DNA of 64,000 nt, taken from assembly GCA_046563655.1 (NCBI GenBank), contig CM102290.1, positions 10,850,001 through 10,914,000 on the forward strand. Direction: 5' to 3'. Source of the stretch: Yuukianura sp. NJ FZ-2021 (taxonomy: Eukaryota). Shown piece by piece: positions 10,850 to 22,100 of this stretch. The notes beneath the pieces were generated by a model. The model was not told the origin of the DNA and made no database searches. It saw nothing but the letters and a program-made list of their open reading frames with translations. How positions within the stretch are numbered: position 1 is the first letter of the stretch; each line of letters starts with the position of its first letter. The translations under genes were made by a program, and so were the position numbers.

Positions 10850-13390
10850 GCTCGTAAACCGAAAACCTCCTTTAGAAGTTTAATTTTGAAAAACTTTGAA
10901 AATTCATATCTAGGGAACGGAAGGCGATAGAGAGGTAAACTCTTCACTATTCGATTTTGGACTTTTTAATAACTGTTAAAATTTGTGATGTTTTTTGAAA
11001 GTTTTTCCCGAATAGATTGGCTCTCTATCGTTCTCCGTTCCCGAGATATAAATTTTCAAAATTTAATTTTAATTTTCAAAAATTTAAAAATTCAGATCTC
11101 AGGAACGAAAGGTGGCAGAGAGGTAAACTCTTCGCCCCTGAATTCACAAAAATATATAGTATTTTTAGAAAATATAAAAAAGGTACCCTTAGATTTTGAC
11201 CAAATTTCACAAAAAACCATGGACTATAGTCCATGGTTTTTTTCAAAATTTGACGAAAAACTTGATGTTCGATTTTGGAGTTTTCAATATTACTAAAAAT
11301 TCTTCATATTTTTTGAAAGTTTTTCGTGAAGAGATTAGGTCTCTATCGCTTTCCGTTCACGAGATATAAAATTTTAAAATTTCATTTTAATTTTTAAAAA
11401 CTTGGAAAATTCATATCTCAGGAACGAAAGGTGGCAGAGAGGTAAACTCTTCGCCCCTGAATTCACAAAAATATATAGTATTTTTAGAAAATATAAAAAA
11501 GGTACCCTTAGATTTTGACCAAATTTCACAAAAAACCATGGACTATAGTCCATGGTTTTTTTCAAAATTTGACGAAAAACTTGATGTTCCATTTTGGAGT
11601 TTTCAATATTCCAAAAAATTCTTCACATTTATTGAAACCTTTTCGCGAAGAGATTAGGTCTCTATCGCTTTCCGTTCTCGAGATATAAATTTTCGAAATT
11701 TCATTTTAATTTTCAAAAACTTGGAAAATTCATATCTCGGGAACGAAAGGTGATAGAGAGGTAAACTTAGGGGTCGCAAAGTCGAACGAAATCCCAAAGT
11801 CGACTTTCGACTCTGGAAATTTAGTTTCGACTCTAGAGTCGACTTTAAAGTCGACTTTGAACCTTCAATAGATCGACCCATAAGAAAAGTAAAAATGGCA
11901 TCTGAAATCCGTCGATTTACAAAAACCTGAATTTTCGGATTTCTGCCGAACAAATGCGGTTTCTGATCCGGATTTTTTGGTAGTTACATGGCAAACGCCC
12001 ATAAGAAATTTGTTCAGATTTTCCTTGAGTTAATTTTTTTTGGGAACAAAAAGGTGGGCTTTAAACACTGGAGCGTAAATGTTGATTAAGGCTGTTCAGA
12101 CTGTTCAAATATCTACCAGAAAGCTTTTAAAAATTTTTGTTAAAATTTGTCAGTTTTTTTCTGAAATAACACACTGCAGTATGTTAAATATGGTTTCTAG
12201 ATTTTGCCTCTACTGTGAACAAAATTGGCATGCTGTTAGTTTATTTAAGTACTGTAGTATACCCTAAAATATAAAGTCAAATCCGTATTCCGCATAATAC
12301 GAATCCGCCAAAATGGAAAATGACTATTTGTTTTTTAAATTAAAGAAGTTACTGCACTTAGAAGTTACGTTGGATGTCGCTTTCCAAGGCTCAAAATTAC
12401 CTCATTTTTTAAACCAAAGTCGACTTTCGATGGTTATAAAGTCGACTTTCGACTTTCCAAAAAATGGTCAAGAAATCGACTTCGACTTTACTCTCAAAGT
12501 CGACTTTGCGACCCCTAGGTAAACTCTTCGCCGTTGAATTCACAAAAATATATAGTATTTTTAGAAAATATAAAAAGGTACCCTCAGATTTTGACCAAAT
12601 TTCACAAAAAACCATGGACTATAGTCCATGGTTTTTTTCAAAATTTGACGAAAAACTTGATGTTCCATTTTGGAGTTTTCAATATTACTAAAAATTCTTC
12701 ATATTTTTTGAAAGTTTTTCGTGAAGAGATTAGGTCTCTATCGCTTTCCGTTCACGAGATATAAAATTTTAAAATTTCATTTTAATTTTCAAAAACTTGG
12801 AAAATTCATATCTCGGGAACGAAAGGCGATAGAAAGGTAAACTCTTCGCCCCTGAATTCACAAAAATAAGGAGTATTTTTAGAAAATATAAAAAGGTACC
12901 CTCAGATTTTGACCAAATTTCACAAAAAACCATGGACTATAGTCCATGGTTTTTTTCAAAATTTGACGAAAAACGTGATGTTCGATTTTGGAGTTTTCAG
13001 AATTTCTAAAAATTCTTCATGTTTTTTGAAAGTCTCTCGCGAAGAGATTAGGTCTATATCGCATTCCGTTCTCGAGATATAAATTTTCAAAATTTTATTT
13101 TAATTTTCAAAAACTTTCAAAATTCATATCTCGGGAATGAAAGGTGAGAGAGAGGTAAACTCTACGCTCCTGAATTCACAAAAATATATATAAAATACGA
13201 ATAGTCCAACCATGGACTAACTTTTAGACATGGACTAACTTGTTATTTTAGTTTTTCGTTGAGAGATTAGCTCTCTATCGTATTCTGTTCCCGAGATATT
13301 AATTTTCGAAGTGTTGGAAAATTTATATCTCGGGAGCGGAAAGGGATATATAGCCCTAATCTCTTCGCGACAAACTTTCAAAAAATCTAC
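10850..13390. repeat. Tandem satellite, ~318-319-bp unit, ~5-6 copies, each unit internally palindromic
   Basis: The perfect 32-bp palindrome AAAAAACCATGGACTA|TAGTCCATGGTTTTTT is centred at 11226, 11545, 12621 and 12939 (spacings 319, 318+758, 318), with a degenerate copy near 13215. Confidence 0.92.
11768..12517. mobile_element. Non-autonomous hAT-type DNA transposon (MITE), 750 bp, inserted in the satellite
   Basis: Perfect 18-bp TIRs TAGGGGTCGCAAAGTCGA (11768-11785) and TCGACTTTGCGACCCCTA (12500-12517); 8-bp TSD GGTAAACT at 11760-11767 and 12518-12525; clustered subterminal GTCGAC motifs; no transposase ORF. Confidence 0.92.
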
Positions 13391-13567
13391 TTCAACAATA
13401 ATTATATTTAAAAAATGCCCAAATTCTTGTTATTTATTAACTTTTTATTGTCTTCAAAAATTCTTTCCGTCACTTTGAGTTCAGCGATGAAGCAGCGATT
13501 GGAAATACTGCGATCCGGTGCTAATAGTTTTAAAAAATGTTTGGTCACGTATGGATTACCAACGGGC

Positions 13568-14496
13568 TTATCTTCGTTTGTTGTTAAACGGTACTCCGGG
13601 TGGCGGGTGGATGCTAGGGCCTGCGTTAGTCTCCTGATCGGAAAACGCCTCAGTATCTTCATCGTCGATGCTGCGGCGTCGCGGATCTGCAGTGTCGTCA
13701 AGTTCTTCGTATTCGTCCGCGGAATCGTAGGATTTCTGAGAGTCATTACTGAATCTACGTGCACCTTTTTCGCTTTCGTTGGGTGACGCTGACTCTAGAC
13801 TGTTTCTGGGTGAGTATTTTTCGGTGTCGCTAGTAGTTGAGCCTTGACTGGATCTACGGGCTTTTCGTTTATCCTTGACTGCTGCAGCGTCTGGGTCGGA
13901 TTTCTCCTGTTTCCCTTCATCAGACAGCGACTGGCGCTTCTCCTTCCTATTCTTGACACAGTCCTCAACCAGAATCTTCTTGAGAAGAAAAAGCTCTTGC
14001 AGGCATCTCACTGACGTAGCTGGATCCTTGACTTTGACCAGAACCAAATGTTGGAGCTTCTCAATACATTTGGCTGCTTGAGCACTTGAAGGAACGTTGT
14101 CCAACAGAGAACCAAGGTCAGGATGCTCTTCTTCACAACAACAATCGTGCTGGGTCTGCTGTCCTCCGCAGCAATCATATTGGCTATAACGTTGGGGTTG
14201 GGAACAACCACGGTTCCAAGGCGTACTCGACACGTACACTACAACAGAATAGTAAACAACATTAGCAACTTTTGGAATTAGCTGGTTAGATTAATTCCGA
14301 AACGGAATGACAAGTGTCACCTACAAGAATGTTGAAAAGCGGTGGTCCGATTTAGAGAGTTTCCATTGCAGCAACCACCACAGGAACAGCATGCGTTGCG
14401 CTGTAATGAAAAAAAAAGCTTCGTATTAGAACTTTTGCAGATTTAAACAAAATTTTAATTCTGCAAGCTTACTTGATGTCGCCTTGCGTTCCACAT
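13568..14496 (-). CDS. Uncharacterised ~256-aa protein, 3 coding exons (14473-14496, 14325-14400, 13568-14238); Cys-rich N-terminus, short helical middle, charged disordered C-terminus
   Basis: GT-AG splicing gives MWNARRHQ|RNACCSCGGCCNGNSLNRTTAFQHS|LYVSSTPW..., in frame with the 223-aa ORF; minus-strand AATAAA signals near 13434-13449. Confidence 0.7.
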
Positions 14497-16189
14497 GTTA
14501 CTGTGACTGTCACACAAACAGTACGAAACAAAAAATTTGGCAAAAATTTAGAATTTGAGAGGATAAAGAATTTTGTAAGCCACAGATTGACCTGTGACCC
14601 TGCTGCGCCCTCCAAATCAATAGCGACGCGGATGCGTAGTGCATCTTTCGTACTAACAACAAAATATTTTCTGTTATAAATTAGTTACCATGACACTACA
14701 GCTAGAAATCATGAAAGATAAGTTAAACTTTTAAACGTGAGGCTTCCTAGCATACTTTTGGTTTTGCTTGTATAACGTGTGCGCATGTTGCCAATATTTT
14801 ATTGAATTAAAAAATTGTTTCAAGTATTAATTTCCTCTCCAGTCGTTCTCGATTTAAATGCTTGGAAATACTTTTTTTCTTAAGTAGATGCAACGGCGCC
14901 GTGAAAACTTGACACTTAAGAGTATAATAGCCATACCTCAAATATTTTATATATTTCCTTATACATAAATTAGTAATTACTCAACATTGAATTGTGGAAG
15001 CAATTGGGCATTTTTACTTATCCTACAAACACTTAACTGCTATTATGACAATGCCCACCCGCTCCTTATTAATTTCAGCGTTATTACAAATAATTCTGCC
15101 TACGTTTCCCATTTGTACACTTAAAACATTAACAACCATTTTACAATTACCTAAAAGTACAACGTTATAAAAGATTCTGGAGAAACATTTCTTATTTACC
15201 GTTATCACTGCCACTTACACTTTATTCAGTTGATTCAACTAGCCCAGAATTGTTACTATGTTACACACCTTTCACTGGATTAGACTTCCAAGTTCCAAAA
15301 GTAAGAATTACCCCAAATCCTAAAAATTTTGCAAAAGAAGAGATTTTTTTTAACTTTTGCAAAAGTTCAAAAATTTGAAGCTTCTCGTAAGACCCAAACC
15401 CAATTCTAAATCGTACCTAAAGTAACCAGAAAAAGTAGATTCGTAGCCCCTGCTCGCCGTAACCTTTACACAAAACTTTCTGTAACAATTTGACTGGTAA
15501 TTTTTGGTTTTACAAAAATATGTTTATATCTTAAAAGTATTTATTTTACTATACTTATTCTTCTGAAGTTTTTTGTTAATTTTAACTGTAATAACTCTAA
15601 AACAACTGAAAAAGAGGGAGTACGGGATTGAGCCCTTTACGGGTATGGGTGGGATTATAATACTTCACAAGGTTCTAAAGACCTACAAAGAAAAATTCGT
15701 TAAAGTTCTTACAGTGTTCCTTTGAGATGTGATTGTATTACAACTATTAATATTTCGCGCTGTTCTAAGAAATAAGTGTAGCCGTATAATCTAAAACGTT
15801 AAAAAGTAGAAAAAATGCAGTGACTAGCAACAAAATTAGTTAGTTGATCGCCTCTCACTCATTAGAACAAAAATATCCATTTTCCCTGTTCAGATTTATC
15901 GCTTTTGTTAGCGATTACTAAAGAAACTCCGATTAAGACAACGAAAGTATTATTGAAATATTTCTGTATGAACTACCGAGTATCAACTTTAGCTTCTGCC
16001 TTCTGAAATACTCTTAAACTGAATCAGAGTTACGTTCAGTGTAGGACGTAAAACTTACGAAGGAGCGATAATTAAATAGTCTGCTAGAGCAGACTACTTT
16101 AAAACTGAAGTTTAGAAAGAAGTAAAAATTTGGAGGTTTGACTTTTACGGCTTACGATGAATGTTGAACTTTTTCTGACTACCGTCTGT

Positions 16190-19100
16190 TCACAGTCGGA
16201 AGTCAGGATCAGAATCTGGATTATCACTGTCATCGTCATCACTCACGGCGTAGCGCTTCTTCTTCTTGTGCTTTGACTTTTTGTGCTTATGATGATGGTC
16301 ATGATGCTCTCTGTTTTTGATTTTATGCTGCTGTTTCTCATTCCCACTGCCGCTTCCAGGAAACTTCAGTGGAACAATTGTCAGCTTCGGCACACGAACC
16401 ATTGGCTCCACCTAAAAGAAGTTTCCGAAAAAATCAATTTTAAAGACGACCAAGTAGGCTCGTTGGAAGAAAATGCTACCTTAGAAAGTCCGTTCTATTC
16501 TACAGGTTTTTGAAACGAAAGATGCGCTAGATGCATGCAAGAAGCAAGAATATAGTTTCTCATTCAATTTCCAACCTTTGCGACTGGTGTGGTAGCGGCA
16601 TGTGACTGATGCGAAGAGGACGTATAGTAGGAATGTGAATTTGCGTGGTCATTCCGTTCATGATGATGGGCGTGATGCTTTGACGGGCTGTGGTTGAGAG
16701 ATGTTGATGGAGCTTCCTTCACAGCGCGTCCATGATGTGTCTGTGCCGGCGCTTGAGGCGGCCTGGCACTCGGATAGGTAAACAAGTTTTGATCAATTTT
16801 GATCTTGACTTGCTTAACTTCTCCGTCTTCCTCGCCATCCTCTGGATCAATTTTCAGCATCAACTGTTTGAACTGGACCAAAAACAGAATTCAAGTAAAT
16901 ACATTCATGATACTTTAAATGTTCACAACAAAGTAAGTTCACATACGTGTAGATATTGCTCCACAATGGATCTTCGACTCTCTTCCGTATCACCAGAAGG
17001 AGGTCGCTGCATATTTGCAATTGTACATTTGGGATCAAATGGTGCAATATTTTTCCTATTCACTGGCCTCTCGAAAATCTTTGTTGTATCCGAAGGAGAG
17101 TAGCCGCTGATCCGCCTACAAAAAGAATCAACTTTACAAACTGCCTACTACACTACTACGACTAACATAATAGATGTGATTCTCATGCGTGTACGGTGAT
17201 TTCGTACAATTATTGATTTGCTAAAAACTACTTACGCTTCCGTCAATCCATACATGTCCTTCAGATGCTGCTTGAGCATGAGAAGGAGGAGACACCCTTG
17301 CGAGCCAGTGATGAATTCCTCCATTGGTTTCAAATACTTTGGCAACCTACTCATCAGGGACTCAACACTCTCATCATCATCGTCATCCATAATATCCGTA
17401 ACAGGAGCCTTGTTCGGCGTTCCAAATCCATCGTGTCTCATTCCTTGTTGCAGGCCAGTGCCGTTACCACTCGGCGCATCCAACATTCCTGTTTCGGGAT
17501 TGAGTATTGCTTCGCCTTGGGGCTCAACAGGAGTTGGCGGATGAAGCGGAATCAGAGCCTGGTACAATGAGAAAGTATTTGTTAGTTTTGTAAACGGTAG
17601 TCGCTAAAACAATACTCTGTAATTGGAACTCGACTAAACTCACTTCTTTGAAACCTTGAAGAAGATTAGAGCCAGTCACCGAAATAACAATGTCAATATG
17701 ATGAATGATGAAGAGCGGCTCATCCACCACTTGATATGGAAAGTAGGCCAAAATGTCGGCGTAGTAGAGTAAATCTGCCAGTCGAATTTTCTGAAAAATA
17801 ACGCAAAACTAAAACACTTGCTCCGTGATTTCCTTCAAAAATTGGTATTTTTCGAAAAACTGAATGTCGTTCTTACACTCTGTTCGTCAAATTGCTTGAG
17901 TAGTAACAGTGCCATTGCTCGCCGCTGTGGTTTTGTTGAACGTAAAAGTGAGTATAGGAAGCCATTATGAGCCGAAGGAGCTTCCTTAGGTTTGATACGA
18001 TATCCACGAACAATTGGAAGTTCATGTTCGTCGCCTGAACCAGTAGGGCCATTATCAGAGTTTGGATTTAGTTGCGATTGAAGGCCAATTGGAAGTAGAG
18101 CGCCACGATATCCTTTCAGGATCCTTTGAAGCTGAAGTGAAAGACGAATCCCAGTCAGTAGCTGACTTTGAAGAAACTGAGGATGCTTCTTCTCCATTTC
18201 CTGTAGCTGCTTGTCGGCTGTTGCTCCAACCCCTTGGCAGTCGTCCGTGCTCATACAAACCAAGTAAGGTACAATCTGCAATGAAAAAAGTTGTAATTAG
18301 AAACAACTTAAAGTGTTCAATTTTTTTAATTTCTCTTCACGGAAAATACAAAACTAAGAATTACATACCTGAATAGGATGGACTAGCCCCTGTTGCAGGA
18401 TCAATTGCACAACCCTCACGACAGCGAATCTTACTTGAGTGTCTGAATGTAGAAAAGATTCCAGGATTTGTTTGAGATATATTTGAACAACTGTAGATGC
18501 CATTCCCGAGGTCACATCGCCCATCTCCTTGATGTCGTGGTTTTTGGAGTTTTTAGTCCATTCCTGATCCTGTTTGATCATTCGTAGCTCCTCCTCCACC
18601 AAGTATAGCTGAAGATTTAACAACGTTTGAACCCGGAGGTGAATTTCCGTGTTGGAAACCAGAAATTGCTGATAGAGAAACTTCAGCTCGTTGCCCAGCA
18701 TGAAGTCATAATGTCGAATACAGACGTTTCCAATGGCTTGTAGACTGACCAGTTGGATTGACGGAATACTCAAGAGGAACACCAAGTCATGGAATACGTT
18801 AGAAACAACTTCCGGCCCTAGATGACCATGTAAAGCTGGATTTGTGAAGTCAAAGTATCGCAGAAAAATGCCGATGGTGTACACCAGACGTCTTATTATT
18901 GGTATTTTGGGGACGGGCGGATCCACCGGGTTCATTCTGACTGGTAGCACATTAGAACTCAGAAGGTCTGCAACAATGAGAAGAAACATATTCAAATGAA
19001 TAATTAATTGTAGGACTATTTTGAAGAAAAAAAAATTCGTGAATGACAAGTCAAACACGAGGTGTTGATAAATTCTTACTTTGGAATTTTTGAAAGAGGT

Positions 19101-22100
19101 CACGAATCAGGCCATAGTTCTTTGTAATCTTATTCATGACTGCTCCCAAACAGGCAAGGCAAGCATCAATCACAGCTTTCTCCGGTCGAAAGATGAGTTT
19201 GATACAGTCTTCCTCAAGTTGAGCTAGAAACGACTCCGACGGATTCACGAGGAGAGGTACGACGAGTTCCAAAATATTTGCAATGTTCGCCACTGCTGCA
19301 ATCTCCATTGGTGTCTACAATGTATTAAATACATCTTTATCAGCCTGAACATTCCATATATCAGTGTTCTCTTATTAAATCAACTTCTAAACTCACCTGT
19401 GTCCTCATGCTCAAATAGCCCTCGAGAGTAATCGCATGGTTTACGAGTAGTTGTGGACGAATTTTTGCAAAAAGGAACAGCGTTCTCACGCATGCTATGA
19501 ACCTCTGGGTTTGTGTTTCATCCATGTTAGTGCTCTCTTCAATCCGAAGGACGTGTTCAACCAAACAATTCACAATTTGTGACGCAGCAGTTACTACAGT
19601 TTTCGGTGGTTCTAGATTCACAGCTTTCTCGCGAACATCATCACGTTCATCCTTTGGTTTGAACAACTATTGGAAACAGTAAACAAAAATAGAATGAATA
19701 TCTTGAATTTTAAAAATTACAAAACAAGTGATCTAACAACAATAATCAAAGGACATACACTGAGAAGAAGTTGCTCAAAGAAATCCAGTGCCACTTTCTC
19801 ACACGACGCCACTACATCCGTTATGTGCGAAACTTTACGGAGGAGTGCTTCCCTGTCCAGCGGCTCTTCTCTTACTGGAGTAAACCACATGTTCTGAAAG
19901 ACTTCCATCACCAATTTCCGAATTCCATCTTCATCATTCACTCTCCTGATCATCTTCACACAAATCTCAGGAACCTTTGAAAAACTGGGACACTCGACGC
20001 AAATGTCACGAAGAATCTTTATCACACGCTTCCTCACACTGACCCCAGTGTCCTATAAATCAAAAGACGATTTTAGAACAATATGTGACATTAAGCTATT
20101 TTTTCTTAAACAGCACTGCTCACCAGTATTCGAAGTGAAAGGATATCGTAATACTTGTCGATAAGTTCGTGACAAGACAGGACGTATTTCCCTACCAAAT
20201 CCACTGCAGCCTCTCGCACAGCCGTTGACTGATCAAGGAATGAATTTTGAACCCACATTTGCATGTCCGGTCTTGCAAGTACTGTCGCATCGGCCTCAAC
20301 TACCATTGTAAGACAACGCAGTGACTTTGTTCGGATTGCAACAGTTTGTTCTGAAGACACGCTAAGAATCTGTAAATCCAAAAGCAGAACAAATGAAACC
20401 AAATTCAATCAAACTGAGTAAAAAAAAAATGAAAATGTAATTTTTACCCTCGTTAGGAAGAAGTCGAAACTTGCTGAAAATGGGCGCTTGGAAGCCAAAT
20501 AACGCGTCATGAGTTGAGCACTGGTGTAGTCTACGTAACTTTGTAGAACTTGAGTTTTATGAGATCCAAGTGGATCGGAAAATGGTCGGATTTTCGTTAG
20601 AAGAAACTTCTTCCTTTTCTCCGTCATCTCAAGAATTTTCGTGTTTAATTCATCGTCTTTATCCAGAACTTCCACGGAATCATCATCAGAGCTATCTTCG
20701 TCCGAACTTTGCTCTACAAGTCAAACCAAGATGATAACTATGTTTTGTTATGATGCTTTATGCTTAGCGGTTATGAAACATGAATCGCCAAATTCGCGGC
20801 AAATTCGAAAATATGAATCTTGTACAAACAAACACAATCGTAAGAAATAACTGCGGTGGTTTTGGCTTACCTTTCCTCTTCTTTTTCTTTTGCGGTTTCG
20901 GAGGTTTCTTTCTAGGTGTTCTATTGGTACCGGAGATGGATTTGGTGATATCACTTTGAGCACTTTTCCACCAGGAAGCAATTAGAAAGTGTCGAGAATG
21001 GAGTAGGGCTGGATCCTCTTGACCTTGCACAGCCAAGTAGTCCAGTACAAGCCTCTGGACAAACTCAATCTTTTCCTCCTCGGCCTCAATGGAATCAGGT
21101 TGATAATCCTATTTCAACAAAGTTTGCATAAGAATCCGAGTGACCAACGGTGACGCATTTCGAAAGTGAGAAAAAGTCTTTTGAACTTACGGGTTTCTTT
21201 TGTTCGGAGTACTCTTCCTCAGAGCGAATATCCGCAATGAGTCTGTCAATGGTATCCATTTTGACTCTAGCAGAAACAGCATCCTTGCGAAGACGAGCTG
21301 CAGCAACTCCCAAATATTCCAGTGATGAGACTCTCATGGATACATCCAGTGATTTGTTGCCCAAGTTTTTGACTAAAATCGTTCCTAGCAAGGATAGGAG
21401 AAGCTCAGCCGCCGGCCATTCTGGCTTGTTCACAGTAGAAAGCAGATCTTGAAGAAAGTTTTCAAACAGCACACGGTAGTCACAATCGTCCGACTTGTTT
21501 CCACATTTGTTTAGGAAGACAGTAAGGAAAATTCCCGCAATTCCAACGGCTGTCTCGAACTTATTGCAGATGATCATGTCCCGATCCGCCTAAACCACAA
21601 ATATATCATATACAACTTACAATAAAAAAACAAAGTACTTCTTTCTCCTGCTAAAATTGAAACTTACGCTTGATGTTTTCCCAGGTGAATCGAACTCTAG
21701 TTCCTTTGAATGCTCTTTGAACTTATTAGATGATAGTTTTTCAGGTAAGTAGCTGACACATTGAATTAATTGTAGCACCAGTGCTGTAAGCATTTGGATA
21801 CAATCTTCTGAACTGGAAGAGAGCTTGAAAGTTCTAAGGCTCCTTTTACTACTAGGCAAACGAGCAATTGAGGCCAAAATGTCATCTAGAAGTAGTCGCC
21901 GATGCTTGTCGTATCGGGAAAAAATCTACAAAGGCAAAATCATCCAATGTTAATAATAATCATTCGACACAATTAACATACTCCTTCAAAAATGGTTAAG
22001 CTTACACCAGTAACGAGTTTTAGAGCAGCCAATTGTAATTCTGATACGTTTTCCACAAAGAAGGGAGAAACACCAAGTGAGGACAACTGAAGAACTGTCG

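Noticed and set aside
10529..12764. Many short ORFs, and regularly spaced palindromes resembling a CRISPR array
   Set aside because: The ORFs are translations of the satellite and MITE. The sequence between palindromes is repeated rather than unique, and there are no cas genes.
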